A DNA stretch of 64,000 nucleotides from Parcubacteria bacterium RAAC4_OD1_1 (GCA_000505065.1 AWSN01000001.1:385-64384), one strand, 5' to 3'. Positions 1 to 12,081 are shown, counted from the stretch's first letter. Made by a program: numbers and translations. The notes: generated by a model not told the origin, from the sequence alone.

Positions 1-1556
1 ATCCAAAAGTAAAAATTTTTCATTTTTACAATAACACTGGTAATGCGGTTAGAGGAAGAAATAAGGGAATAAAAGAAGCAAAAGGAGAATTTATTGCTTT
101 TCAAGATAGTGATGATATTGCAGAGAAAGATCGTATAGAAAAATCGATTCAATTTATTAAAAAATATAAAGTTGATATTGTTTATGGAGGCTGGCGTGCT
201 ATTTTAGATGGCACAAGATTAGATACAGGTTTAGTTGATGGGCAAAAAATTTTTAGTCCAGATTGTGATTTTGATACTTTAAAAAATATTTGTGTTCCAT
301 GTCAAAGTACTGTAATGGTTTATAAAAAAGTGTTACATAATGTCGGTGGCTTGAATCCAATAATGAGATATCGTGAAGACCATGAACTCTGGTTAAGATT
401 GGCCTATTTTGGTTATAAATTTAAAGCAATTCCACAAATTCTAACAAACCTTCGTTTAAACAAAAATAATAATGAATTAAATTTCAAAAAAGATGACAAT
501 CATTGGCTTGATTTAATGTTTAAAGAATATAATAAAAAGGGGGTAATTTCTCCCAAAATAGTATATATTATTCCAGGAACTGGAATATCTGGGGGTGTTT
601 CCGTAATCATGTATCATCTTAATGGCTTATTAAATAGAGGGTATGATGTTTCTGTTGTTTCTATGGATAATAAAACATCTATAGATTGGTTTCCGAATCA
701 AAAAGTACCAATTATTCCACTTAGTGATTTGTTTGATGTTAATAAAAATTATGTTTTTAATAATATAGATATTTTGGTTGCTACTCATTGGTCCACATTT
801 GATAAAATATTGAAAATTGAAAGTAAAAGAAAATTATATTTTATTCAGTCAGATGAGCGTGATTTTGAAAATGGTGAAAAATATAAAAAAGAAGTTCAAA
901 AAACTTATGAATATAAAGGTAATCAAAATATAGAATTTTTTACCATGGCAAAATGGATACAAAGATGGCTTAAAGAAGAATTTAATAGAGATTCTATCTA
1001 TATACCAAATGGGCTGGATTTAAGTTTATTTAAACAAACAAATGTTTTTGAAAAAGGAGGCAGAAAGACCCGAGTTTTATTAGAAGGACCAATTAATATT
1101 CCATTTAAAGGAATGGAAAATGCTTTTAATGTTGTCAAAAATTTAGATTGTGAAGTTTGGGCAATTTCTAGTCACGGTAAACCAAAACCAGAATGGAGAT
1201 GTGATAAATTTTTTGAAGGAGTTAATTTGTCTGATATGCCAAAATTATATTCAAGTTGCGATATTCTTTTAAAAATGAGTGAAGTTGAAAGTTTCTCATA
1301 TCCTCCATTAGAGATGATGGCTTGTGGTGGTGTACCAGTAATAAAAAATGTTAGAGGTATAGATGAGTATGCAAAAGATAACTTTAATTGTCTTATTGTT
1401 AATAATAATGAAGAAGCAAAAAAATCAATAGAAAAATTAATTTCTGATAAAGTTTTTTATAATAAATTGAGAAATAATGCATTAGAGACAGCAAATAGGT
1501 TTAATTGGGATAATGCTATAGATATTTTAGAGAAAGAAGTTATAAATAAAAATTAA
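1..1556 (+). CDS. Glycosyltransferase, GT2 domain fused to a GT4 (GT-B) domain; 5' partial
   Basis: Frame is open from the window edge (RGRNKGIKEAKGEFIAFQDSDD = GT2 DxD region). C-terminal ESFSYPPLEMMACG is the GT4 ExxxxxxxE motif. Confidence 0.85.
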   Translation, partial: PKVKIFHFYNNTGNAVRGRNKGIKEAKGEFIAFQDSDDIAEKDRIEKSIQFIKKYKVDIVYGGWRAILDGTRLDTGLVDGQKIFSPDCDFDTLKNICVPCQSTVMVYKKVLHNVGGLNPIMRYREDHELWLRLAYFGYKFKAIPQILTNLRLNKNNNELNFKKDDNHWLDLMFKEYNKKGVISPKIVYIIPGTGISGGVSVIMYHLNGLLNRGYDVSVVSMDNKTSIDWFPNQKVPIIPLSDLFDVNKNYVFNNIDILVATHWSTFDKILKIESKRKLYFIQSDERDFENGEKYKKEVQKTYEYKGNQNIEFFTMAKWIQRWLKEEFNRDSIYIPNGLDLSLFKQTNVFEKGGRKTRVLLEGPINIPFKGMENAFNVVKNLDCEVWAISSHGKPKPEWRCDKFFEGVNLSDMPKLYSSCDILLKMSEVESFSYPPLEMMACGGVPVIKNVRGIDEYAKDNFNCLIVNNNEEAKKSIEKLISDKVFYNKLRNNALETANRFNWDNAIDILEKEVINKN

Positions 1557-1603
1557 TCTTATTTATAAATTTATAAAATAATCCCAAAAATAGTTAATTT
1601 CAT

Positions 1604-2566
1604 ATGTCCCCCAAAATTTCAATTATCATTCCCACTTACAATGGTGAGAAGTACATACAGAAAGCGATTGAGAGTGTTTTGAATCAAACATTTAAGGATT
1701 TTGAGGTTATTGTTGTAGATGATTTTTCTAAAGATAATACAGTTTCAGTAATTGAGGAATTACAAAAAAAGGATGAAAGGATAAAAATTATCTGTTTAAA
1801 TGAAAATTCTGGTGGCCCAGCTAAACCAAAGAATGAAGGTTTTAAAATTGCAAAAGGGGAGTACGTGGCTTATCTAGATCAAGATGATGAATGGCTCAAA
1901 GAAAAATTGGAAGAGCAGATTAAATTTTTTGAAGATTCAAAAGATAAAAATTTAGGGTTAGTCTATTGTGGAGGGAATCTTGTAGATGAAGATAATAAAT
2001 GTTTTAGTCAATATATTCCCAAAATGAAAGATAATCCATTTCCAGAGATGCTGTTGAGGAATCCAATATATAGTAATAGTAGTGTTCTTATAAAGCGTGA
2101 AGTTATAGAGAGGGTGGGAGAGAGAGATGAAAATATGAAGTATTCAGAAGACTTCGATATGTGGATTCGTGTCGCTAAATCTGGGTATGGTATTGGGGTT
2201 ATATCTAAACCATTGTTTAATTATTTTTTTCATAAAAATAATGTTACAAAAACGATAAATCAAATTCTTAAAGTAAAAGATATGGAATATCTTTTTAATA
2301 AAAATGAAGACATATATAGAAAGTATAATTATACCCACATTGGATTTTTTAGAATTGGAGTAATGTATTATCTAGCAGGGGATTCAAAGGAAAGTAGGAA
2401 ATTCTTTATAAAATCTATAAAAACAAATAAAATTTTTTTACCAGTATATTTTGGATATATTCTTTCATTATTCGGGGATTTTGGCAAAAGAATTATTTAT
2501 TTCCTTATATTCTTGTATCGTATAGCAAAAGGGAAAAGATATTTAATTTTTAAAAAGAATAATTAG
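1604..2566 (+). CDS. Glycosyltransferase family 2
   Basis: ISIIIPTYN, VVDDFSKD, AYLDQDD and EDFDMW motifs. Confidence 0.9.
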   Translation: MSPKISIIIPTYNGEKYIQKAIESVLNQTFKDFEVIVVDDFSKDNTVSVIEELQKKDERIKIICLNENSGGPAKPKNEGFKIAKGEYVAYLDQDDEWLKEKLEEQIKFFEDSKDKNLGLVYCGGNLVDEDNKCFSQYIPKMKDNPFPEMLLRNPIYSNSSVLIKREVIERVGERDENMKYSEDFDMWIRVAKSGYGIGVISKPLFNYFFHKNNVTKTINQILKVKDMEYLFNKNEDIYRKYNYTHIGFFRIGVMYYLAGDSKESRKFFIKSIKTNKIFLPVYFGYILSLFGDFGKRIIYFLIFLYRIAKGKRYLIFKKNN

Positions 2567-2573
2567 ATAAACA

Positions 2574-2602
2574 AAAAAAGAAGGGGTTAACTCTTCTTTT
2601 TT
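2574..2602. terminator. Bidirectional intrinsic terminator
   Basis: Hairpin aaaaaagaagggg-ttaa-ctcttctttttt between convergent genes. Confidence 0.6.
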
Positions 2603-2763
2603 AATTCAATTTTAATTTTGAATGTGTGTTCTGTTTTGCATTTGAACTTAAAAGTCTTTGTGTCTTTTTCAAAATTTGTCTTATCTGAAATAAGGGCACA
2701 AAGGACCTGCTTTTTACATTCTGGGCAATACTCCAGAAATGTATAACTTTTTTCTCCTTCCAT
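2587..2763 (-). CDS. Small (58 aa) putative zinc-ribbon protein, not in the ORF track
   Basis: Hand translation MEGEKSYTFLEYCPECKKQVLC...FKCKTEHTFKIKIELKKKS. AAGGAGGT Shine-Dalgarno and TTGCTT-N17-TAGTAT lie upstream on the minus strand. Confidence 0.65.
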   Translation of the reverse strand: MEGEKSYTFLEYCPECKKQVLCALISDKTNFEKDTKTFKFKCKTEHTFKIKIELKKKS

Positions 2764-2875
2764 AATAACCTCCTTTTTTGTCTATACTAGTACTTTCTCA
2801 AAAATAAGCAAGAAACCTTTAATAAGAAGATAACTCATTGCAATAAATTTATATTGATGTGATAATATAAATGTA

Positions 2876-3376
2876 ATGGAAAAAGATATTAATAATATAG
2901 CATTTATAGATGGTCAAAATTTATATTTGGGAACAAAACAGGATGGATGGTCTGTTGATCTTACTAAATTAAGAATATATTTAAAAGATAAATATAAAAT
3001 TAAAGATGCTTACTATTTTTTGGGTTATTTAAATGAGGAAAATAATGAACTATATAAGCAAATACAAAAATCAGGATTTATAGTTGTGTTTAAGGAACAC
3101 AATGAATATGCTCTAACAAAAAAGAAAGGAAATGTTGATACTGATATAGTTTTTGAAATAATGAAAAGTATGATTGATAATAATTTTAATAAAATAGTTT
3201 TAGTTTCTGGAGATGGGGATTATAAAAAGGTTGTAGATTATCTTATAGAAAAAGATAGATTTGAAAAGATTTTATTTCCAAATATTAAGTTTGCTTCATC
3301 TTTATATAAAAAATTAGGTAATAATTTCTTTACCCATCTTGGAAGGGAGGATGTTAAAATTAAAATAAAGAATTAG
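2876..3376 (+). CDS. NYN domain (LabA/DUF88, PIN-like) ribonuclease
   Basis: FIDGQNL, KGNVDTDI and LVSGDGDY acidic motifs. Confidence 0.9.
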   Translation: MEKDINNIAFIDGQNLYLGTKQDGWSVDLTKLRIYLKDKYKIKDAYYFLGYLNEENNELYKQIQKSGFIVVFKEHNEYALTKKKGNVDTDIVFEIMKSMIDNNFNKIVLVSGDGDYKKVVDYLIEKDRFEKILFPNIKFASSLYKKLGNNFFTHLGREDVKIKIKN

Positions 3377-3377
3377 A

Positions 3378-3434
3378 TAAAAAGAAAAGGGTGCCTAAGG
3401 CACTAACACCCTTCGGACCCCTTTTCGTATTGAT
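3378..3434 (-). ncRNA. Candidate ~57-nt structured small RNA convergent with the NYN gene
   Basis: Lies downstream of a perfect promoter. GAAAAGGGU/ACCCUUUUC stem, GUGCC-UUA-GGCAC hairpin and a terminal U tract; no ORF. Confidence 0.5.
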
Positions 3435-3440
3435 GTTTAT

Positions 3441-3469
3441 ATTATATACCCATATGATATAAGTGTCAA
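3441..3469 (-). promoter_or_regulatory. Perfect sigma70 promoter TTGACA-N17-TATAAT
   Basis: Plus strand attata at 3441-3446 and tgtcaa at 3464-3469, 17-nt spacer. Confidence 0.8.
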
Positions 3470-3479
3470 TGTTATGTAT

Positions 3480-3783
3480 ATAAATAATCTCTAACGGGGT
3501 TCACCCCGTTAGAGATAGGAAGCGCCTAATCTATTTTTAAGATATCGCTTACCAATTCCAGATTTTAAATAAATTTCTCTTGATCTAGCTTTCTCTTCTA
3601 ATAAACATGCTTCATAATAAATAACTTCAAATGGTCCTTTTCCTTTTGTATAAGTAGAATAACCTCTATTGTGTTGTGTAAGGCGCTTCCGTAAGTCTTT
3701 TGTATTTCCAGTGTATAATTTACCATCTTTTTTACTTTTTAATATATATGTGTAATAAAACATAAATAATCTCTAACGGGGTT
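3480..3783. mobile_element. GIY-YIG cassette bounded by 22-bp direct repeats ATAAATAATCTCTAACGGGGTT
   Basis: Identical copies at 3480-3501 and 3762-3783. The left copy forms a 14-bp-arm hairpin with 3503-3516. Confidence 0.65.
3509..3763 (-). CDS. Stand-alone GIY-YIG nuclease (UPF0213/Slx1-like)
   Basis: YTYIL...LYTGNT..L.KRL..HN, AR.RE..LKS motifs. Confidence 0.9.
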   Translation of the reverse strand: MFYYTYILKSKKDGKLYTGNTKDLRKRLTQHNRGYSTYTKGKGPFEVIYYEACLLEEKARSREIYLKSGIGKRYLKNRLGASYL

Positions 3784-5089
3784 AATGTGTAAAAATTATG
3801 ATAATTGTGCGGAGGATTATGCCGATGTCTATGAATATATTTCTGTTCTTTATGTAGTATAAGTCATATTCAAACTTTTCTTTAGATTCATCTATTGTTT
3901 TTGCATAGTGGTACTTGATCTGTGCCCAGCCAGTGAACCCAGGGGTTATGGTGTGTCTCATATTGTAGTGGGGGATTTCTTTTTCTAATTTCTCCACAAA
4001 TTCTGGTCTCTCTGGTCTGGGTCCTACGAGAGTGATGTCTCCTTTTAAAATGTTTATCATTTGGGGAATTTCATCTATATGAAGTCTCCTTGTTATGTTT
4101 CCGATACGAGTTATACGAGGATCATCTTTACCTGTGGACCATTTAACCCCATCTCTTTCTGCATTTATAGACATAGATCTCAACTTGTATAATTTGAAAA
4201 TTTTACCATTTAGACCTACTCTTGTCTGGGTATAAAATATAGGGCCTTTATCTTCTAGATAAATAAGTAATCCACAAATAATTAAAACAGGGGATAATAC
4301 AATAAGTAAAATTAAAGAAAAAACTATATCTAAAATTCTAGAGAATATATAGTATAAAATATCTTTTTTAATATTTATATTATTTGTTATAAATTCTGTG
4401 TTTATATATTCAACGGGTATTTTGTAAAGATATTTCTCATAAGCGGTCGCTGTATCCATAACCTCGATATTTCTATTGTGTAAATCAAGTAAAAATTTTT
4501 CACCAACATCCTTTTTGTTATCTATAATTATAATCGTGCCATCTATAAGTAAATCATCTTTCAAATCCTCAACCTTACTACTTAAAGATATCTTTTTTGA
4601 TAGTCCGGTTTGGGGATTGATATCTATTAGTGTCTCCAATTCTTTTAAATATTTAGATTCTCCTATTAAGATGGTGTTTTTTGTAAAAGTTTTTGCAAAA
4701 AGACTGTAAATGATTCTTCTAAAAATAAAAGAAAATAATCCAAAAAGTCCAACTTGAATGAAAAGGTTTACCTTGGGAGAGATACCAAACATGGGAACAA
4801 AATAAAAGAACATAAGCCCCACAACAAAAGATGTGAAGAGAGCAAAGAACCATCTTTTTAAAAATGGAATAGTCGGCTTGATGGAAATTAGATCATAAAG
4901 ACCAAATATATAAAATATATTTACCCAAAAAACATAGAGTATAAGAAATGGCAGAGCATGAGTGCTAAATGCCCAAGAGTATAAACTGCTATCAAATCTG
5001 ATAAATATAAGTGATATGAAAGCAATTAAAAAAGAAAAGAAGTCACCCAATATTATAAATAAAACTCTATTCATCCCGTTAGAAATCAT
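3782..5089 (-). CDS. Polyprenyl glycosylphosphotransferase (WcaJ/WbaP-like sugar transferase)
   Basis: N-terminal TM helices; KLRSM, DDPRIT, DEIPQ, LVGPRPE and PGFTGWAQ motifs. Confidence 0.9.
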   Translation of the reverse strand: MISNGMNRVLFIILGDFFSFLIAFISLIFIRFDSSLYSWAFSTHALPFLILYVFWVNIFYIFGLYDLISIKPTIPFLKRWFFALFTSFVVGLMFFYFVPMFGISPKVNLFIQVGLFGLFSFIFRRIIYSLFAKTFTKNTILIGESKYLKELETLIDINPQTGLSKKISLSSKVEDLKDDLLIDGTIIIIDNKKDVGEKFLLDLHNRNIEVMDTATAYEKYLYKIPVEYINTEFITNNINIKKDILYYIFSRILDIVFSLILLIVLSPVLIICGLLIYLEDKGPIFYTQTRVGLNGKIFKLYKLRSMSINAERDGVKWSTGKDDPRITRIGNITRRLHIDEIPQMINILKGDITLVGPRPERPEFVEKLEKEIPHYNMRHTITPGFTGWAQIKYHYAKTIDESKEKFEYDLYYIKNRNIFIDIGIILRTIIIIFTH

Positions 5090-5195
5090 ATATGTTGTAT
5101 TACCAATAATAATTATATTTAGACTTAAATAATATTTTGATTAAATATTTTCCATCACAAACGGGAGTCTAATGACTTCCTATTTCTAACGGGAT
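5073..5195. repeat. Non-coding element bounded by 14-bp inverted repeats related to the GIY-YIG flank motif
   Basis: ATCCCGTTAGAAAT at 5073-5086 and ATTTCTAACGGGAT at 5182-5195. Confidence 0.65.
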
Positions 5196-5253
5196 AAATA
5201 TTCTTTATTTTACCACATTTTGATATTTATATGTATTTTGGTATTATGGGGTT

Positions 5254-5349
5254 ATGTTTAGTAAACACACATTAAAAGTTATATTTGCTTTTGGTTTAGT
5301 TATCGCGTTTAGCCTTATTATCCTAGTCTTTCTAGACGGGAAGAAGTAA
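5254..5349 (+). CDS. Putative 31-aa single-pass membrane protein
   Basis: MFSKHTLKVIFAFGLVIAFSLIILVFLDGKK; TGnTATTAT 6 nt upstream of the ATG. Confidence 0.45.
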   Translation: MFSKHTLKVIFAFGLVIAFSLIILVFLDGKK

Positions 5350-5357
5350 AATAGCAT

Positions 5358-5385
5358 TTGACAAATCCTGTGTATTTGCTACAAT
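5358..5385 (+). promoter_or_regulatory. rplJL promoter
   Basis: TTGACA-N16-TACAAT with TG extension. Confidence 0.65.
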
Positions 5386-5393
5386 ATAAATAT

Positions 5394-5496
5394 AGCCGTA
5401 GAAAGCGAGTGGCCCAAAGCCTTAATCTCTCGCCGAGGTCGAAAAACTCTTTAAAGGAGTTTGACTACGTGTACGGCCCTTATCGGGGCTTTTTTT
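5394..5496 (+). promoter_or_regulatory. Ribosomal protein L10 leader (autoregulatory RNA)
   Basis: ccgtagaaagcgag...ttaatctctcgccgagg core, then a hairpin plus U tract, directly before rplJ. Confidence 0.7.
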
Positions 5497-5514
5497 AATT
5501 TAAAACAAATTATT

Positions 5515-6000
5515 ATGATTTCAAAACAAAAAAAAGAAGAGGTTGTAAGCGAATTGAAAGATTCTCTTAAGGATGCCAAATCAATTGTTTTTGTAAAATT
5601 CGATAGACTAAAGGTAGGAGATGTGAATAGTCTTCGCAGAAAATTACAAAAAGAAAATGTTGGATACTCTGTATCAAAGAAAACTCTACTAAAGCGTGTG
5701 CTAGATACAAAAGGAATAGAAGGTGAACTACCTGAAATACCTGGGCAGATAGCTATCGCTTATGGAGAAGACTTACTTACTCCAGCCAGAGAAGTGTTTA
5801 ATTTCTCTAAAGCTTTAAAAGAGAATGTTTCAATCGTCGGTGGAGTTTTTGAAGGGAAGTATAAGAATAAAGATGAGATGATGTCCATTGCAAATATTCC
5901 TTCTCTACAAGTTCTACGTGGAATGTTTGTGAACCTTATCAATTCACCAATACAAAGATTTGCAGTGGTTATGAATGCTATTGCAGAGAAAAAGGGATAA
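5515..6000 (+). CDS. rplJ: 50S ribosomal protein L10
   Basis: KQKKEEVV, LRRKL, VSKKTLL, IVGGVFEG and IANIPS motifs. Start moved to the ATG at 5515 because the track start lies inside the leader. Confidence 0.95.
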   Translation: MISKQKKEEVVSELKDSLKDAKSIVFVKFDRLKVGDVNSLRRKLQKENVGYSVSKKTLLKRVLDTKGIEGELPEIPGQIAIAYGEDLLTPAREVFNFSKALKENVSIVGGVFEGKYKNKDEMMSIANIPSLQVLRGMFVNLINSPIQRFAVVMNAIAEKKG

Positions 6001-6024
6001 ATTATAAATTAATTAAATAAAATT

Positions 6025-6420
6025 ATGGATACAGAAAATAAAGTAGTAGAAGTTCCTGCAAAATTCAAAGACATAGTTTCTAAAATAGAAGAAATGTCTG
6101 TTATCGAATTACACGAACTCGTAAAAGTATTAGAAGAAAAGTTTGGAGTCTCAGCTTCTGCAGTAGCAGTCGCAGGACCTGCAGTAGCAGGGGAAGTAGC
6201 AGAAGCAAAGTCTACATTTGATGTAGAACTTACAGCATCTGGTGAACAAAAGATTGCAGTTATGAAAGTTGTCAAAGAAGTTCTTGCTCTTGGACTTAAA
6301 GAAGCAAAAGACTTGGTTGACGGAGCACCAGCAGTCCTTAAAGCAGGTATGAAAAAAGAAGAAGCAGAAGAACTAAAGAAGAAACTTGAAGAAGTTGGAG
6401 CTAAAGTCACCCTCAAATAG
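6025..6420 (+). CDS. rplL: 50S ribosomal protein L7/L12
   Basis: [34 protein letters not shown]. Confidence 0.97.
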   Translation: MDTENKVVEVPAKFKDIVSKIEEMSVIELHELVKVLEEKFGVSASAVAVAGPAVAGEVAEAKSTFDVELTASGEQKIAVMKVVKEVLALGLKEAKDLVDGAPAVLKAGMKKEEAEELKKKLEEVGAKVTLK

Positions 6421-6593
6421 GGTGACTTTAGAGCCGGACCGCGACGGCGGGAGGCGGGTGAGGAAGCGAATACTTGAAGTTTCCGCAAGACCTTGAATAT
6501 TTTTTAATAAAAATGTGAAAGGTGTACAGAATCTGTAAGATTCGCGGAAATTTTCAACAGAAAATTATCCGTGACAAGGTGACTTTGAAATAA
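6401..6593. mobile_element. Putative ~170-bp insertion at the rplL 3' end, followed by a second copy of the KVTLK-stop codons
   Basis: Hairpin at 6401-6431, a GC-rich tract, then aag gtg act ttg aaa taa at 6576-6593. Confidence 0.5.
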
Positions 6594-6620
6594 AATCATT
6601 TTGGTACTGGGATTACATCT

Positions 6621-6654
6621 CACAAAAAACACCCTTTACAGGGTGTTTTTTGTG
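6621..6654. terminator. Intrinsic terminator of rplJL
   Basis: cacaaaaaacaccct-ttac-agggtgttttttgtg. Confidence 0.75.
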
Positions 6655-6670
6655 GCATATAATAGACCTC

Positions 6671-7285
6671 ATGGAAACACTAGCAAAACTTTTTGGAGGG
6701 CACGCAAGAATAAAAATTATGCGACTTTTCCTTTTGAATGAAAATAATTTTGAAATAGAAGATATCGTGAGTCGTACTAGAGTAACAAAAGGTAATGTAA
6801 GAAAAGAGATCAATGCTCTTTCTGGTATGGGATTTATAAGGAGTAAAAATATAACCAAAGAAGGTTCTCGTGGTGCTAAAAAGAAAATACAAACATGGTA
6901 TTTGAATAATTCTTTTGGATATTTGGGGCCAATAAAAGATTTACTAATAGATCCTAATCTTTTGGTGGAAGATAACTTTTTAAATAGATTTAAATCTATT
7001 GGTAAGATTAAACTTCTTGTGATCTCGGGTGTATTCATTGGGGATTCTCAAAGTAGGGTAGATGTATTAATTGTTGGAGATAAATTAAAGAAAAATATTT
7101 TACAGCAAGTTATTAAAAGTTTGGAGTCAGAAATAGGGAAAGAGCTTATTTATGTTGTCTTTGATTCAGCAGAATTTAAATATAGACTCGATATGTATGA
7201 TAAACTTGTTTGTGACATCCTAGATCTTCCTCACGAGAAGCTTATAGATATTGGGCAACTTTCTACATATATTTCTAAAAAATAA
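6671..7285 (+). CDS. Winged-helix plus nucleotidyltransferase-like domain protein (putative regulator)
   Basis: LFGGHARIKIMRLF wHTH-like start and SGVF...VDVLIVGD motif; TATAAT 7 nt before the ATG at 6671. Confidence 0.6.
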   Translation: METLAKLFGGHARIKIMRLFLLNENNFEIEDIVSRTRVTKGNVRKEINALSGMGFIRSKNITKEGSRGAKKKIQTWYLNNSFGYLGPIKDLLIDPNLLVEDNFLNRFKSIGKIKLLVISGVFIGDSQSRVDVLIVGDKLKKNILQQVIKSLESEIGKELIYVVFDSAEFKYRLDMYDKLVCDILDLPHEKLIDIGQLSTYISKK

Positions 7286-7292
7286 AATAAGA

Positions 7293-7317
7293 ATGCCCCG
7301 GCCGAAGGCCGGGGCAT
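7293..7317. repeat. GC-rich palindrome (terminator or REP-like)
   Basis: atgccccggcc-gaa-ggccggggcat. Confidence 0.6.
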
Positions 7318-7421
7318 GTTTCCCCCTATACCCAAATTCTTTATAGAATGATATAATAATATTGTACTTGGAAGGGTCGAACTTTGTAAGTATCTTATTA
7401 TTTTTTGTATTTAATTTAATT

Positions 7422-8114
7422 ATGTCTTTAATACAAACATGGGGAGACGTCTTTAGCACATCTCTCATAAATCTATGGCAAGGGTTCATTGGTTTTGTTC
7501 CAAATTTATTGGGTGCAATAATTCTTTTTATAATTGGCTGGGTCGTAGGCTCTGTCGTTGCAAAAGCAATTACACATTTACTCGATATGGTAAAACTCAA
7601 CAAGCTTTTTGAAAGTGCAGGGGTAGAAGGTTTTGTTGCGAGAGCGGGCCTCAAGCTTAATGTCAGTGGTTTTATTGGTGCTATAGTCAAATGGTTTTTG
7701 ATTGTGGTCTTTCTAATGGCATCACTTGAAATAATTGGTCTCACACAAGTAAATGACTTTCTACGTGAAGCAGTGCTTTACTATTTACCAAAAGTTATTA
7801 TTGCAGCATTTGTGCTTATTATTGCTACCGTCATTGCTGATGCAATGAAGAAGCTTGTGCTTGCTTCTGCAAAAGCAGCAAATGTAAAGTCTGCAAATAT
7901 GCTAGGGTCTATTACTCTTTATGCAATCTGGATTTTTGCATTTATCATTGCTTTAGCTGAGCTTGGAATCGCAAGTGCATTTATGCAAATACTATTTACA
8001 GGGTTCATAGCAGCGCTTGCTATCGCACTTGGGCTTGCATTTGGAATTGGAGGTAAAGATGTCGCAGCGAAAATTTTAACAAAAATTTCTAACGATGTTT
8101 CTTCTAAAGAATAG
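7422..8114 (+). CDS. Conserved TM-helix repeat protein (MscS N-terminal/CmpX-like)
   Basis: Two repeats FVPNLLGAIILFIIGW and YLPKVIIAAFVL; ALGLAFGIGGKD. Confidence 0.8.
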   Translation: MSLIQTWGDVFSTSLINLWQGFIGFVPNLLGAIILFIIGWVVGSVVAKAITHLLDMVKLNKLFESAGVEGFVARAGLKLNVSGFIGAIVKWFLIVVFLMASLEIIGLTQVNDFLREAVLYYLPKVIIAAFVLIIATVIADAMKKLVLASAKAANVKSANMLGSITLYAIWIFAFIIALAELGIASAFMQILFTGFIAALAIALGLAFGIGGKDVAAKILTKISNDVSSKE

Positions 8115-8143
8115 GAATATTCTTAAGAAAAAATAAGTTAGAT

Positions 8144-8178
8144 AAACTGCCCCGCAGGCAAAGCCTGCGGGGCAGTTT
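8144..8178. terminator. GC-rich palindrome/terminator
   Basis: aaactgccccgcaggc-aaa-gcctgcggggcagttt. Confidence 0.7.
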
Positions 8179-8200
8179 TAAGTATAGATTTAAGAGCTTG

Positions 8201-8336
8201 ACCCCCACACCTATATTTTTATTTTTTGCTTCACAAAATTGTATTTTTTCATATTAATTATAGTTAGAAAATAATCCTTATATTTCAAGCTTAAAATGTC
8301 TCTTTTTAGAGGTTATAAAAATATGGGTGTGGGGGT
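8201..8336. repeat. MITE-like element with 22-bp terminal inverted repeats
   Basis: ACCCCCACACCTATATTTTTAT (8201-8222) and ATAAAAATATGGGTGTGGGGGT (8315-8336), one mismatch. Confidence 0.65.
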
Positions 8337-8364
8337 TGACTTTATTTTTAATTTCGTATATCAT
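8336..8364 (+). promoter_or_regulatory. rRNA promoter
   Basis: TTGACT-N17-TATCAT; boxA-like tttgaaaactg near 8484. Confidence 0.7.
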
Positions 8365-8653
8365 ACCAAGCACGATGTTAATAAGTCAAAAACAGTTGAA
8401 AAAGCGGTAAGAGTAATCTCTAAACGGTTTTACTTTTGTCCGCTCTAAAGGCGGATTTTTTTATTAAAGACATCGAGATGATATTTGAAAACTGAATGCT
8501 GTTCTAGCCCACTGTTATCCTATATTTTTAGGGTCTTTTAATCGGGCTGGAAACAGAGACGCAAAATTAGATATTTTTATTTGTTAAGGAAGCGGTTCCT
8601 TTGTTTAAAAATATCGCATTTTGATTTTTATCAAAATGGTTTTCAAATTTCCT

Positions 8654-12081
<3,428 letters not shown>

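Noticed and set aside
6009-6488. 159-aa antisense ORF over rplL, and similar shadow ORFs throughout the window
   Set aside because: Antisense or alternate frames of clear genes, with no motifs of their own
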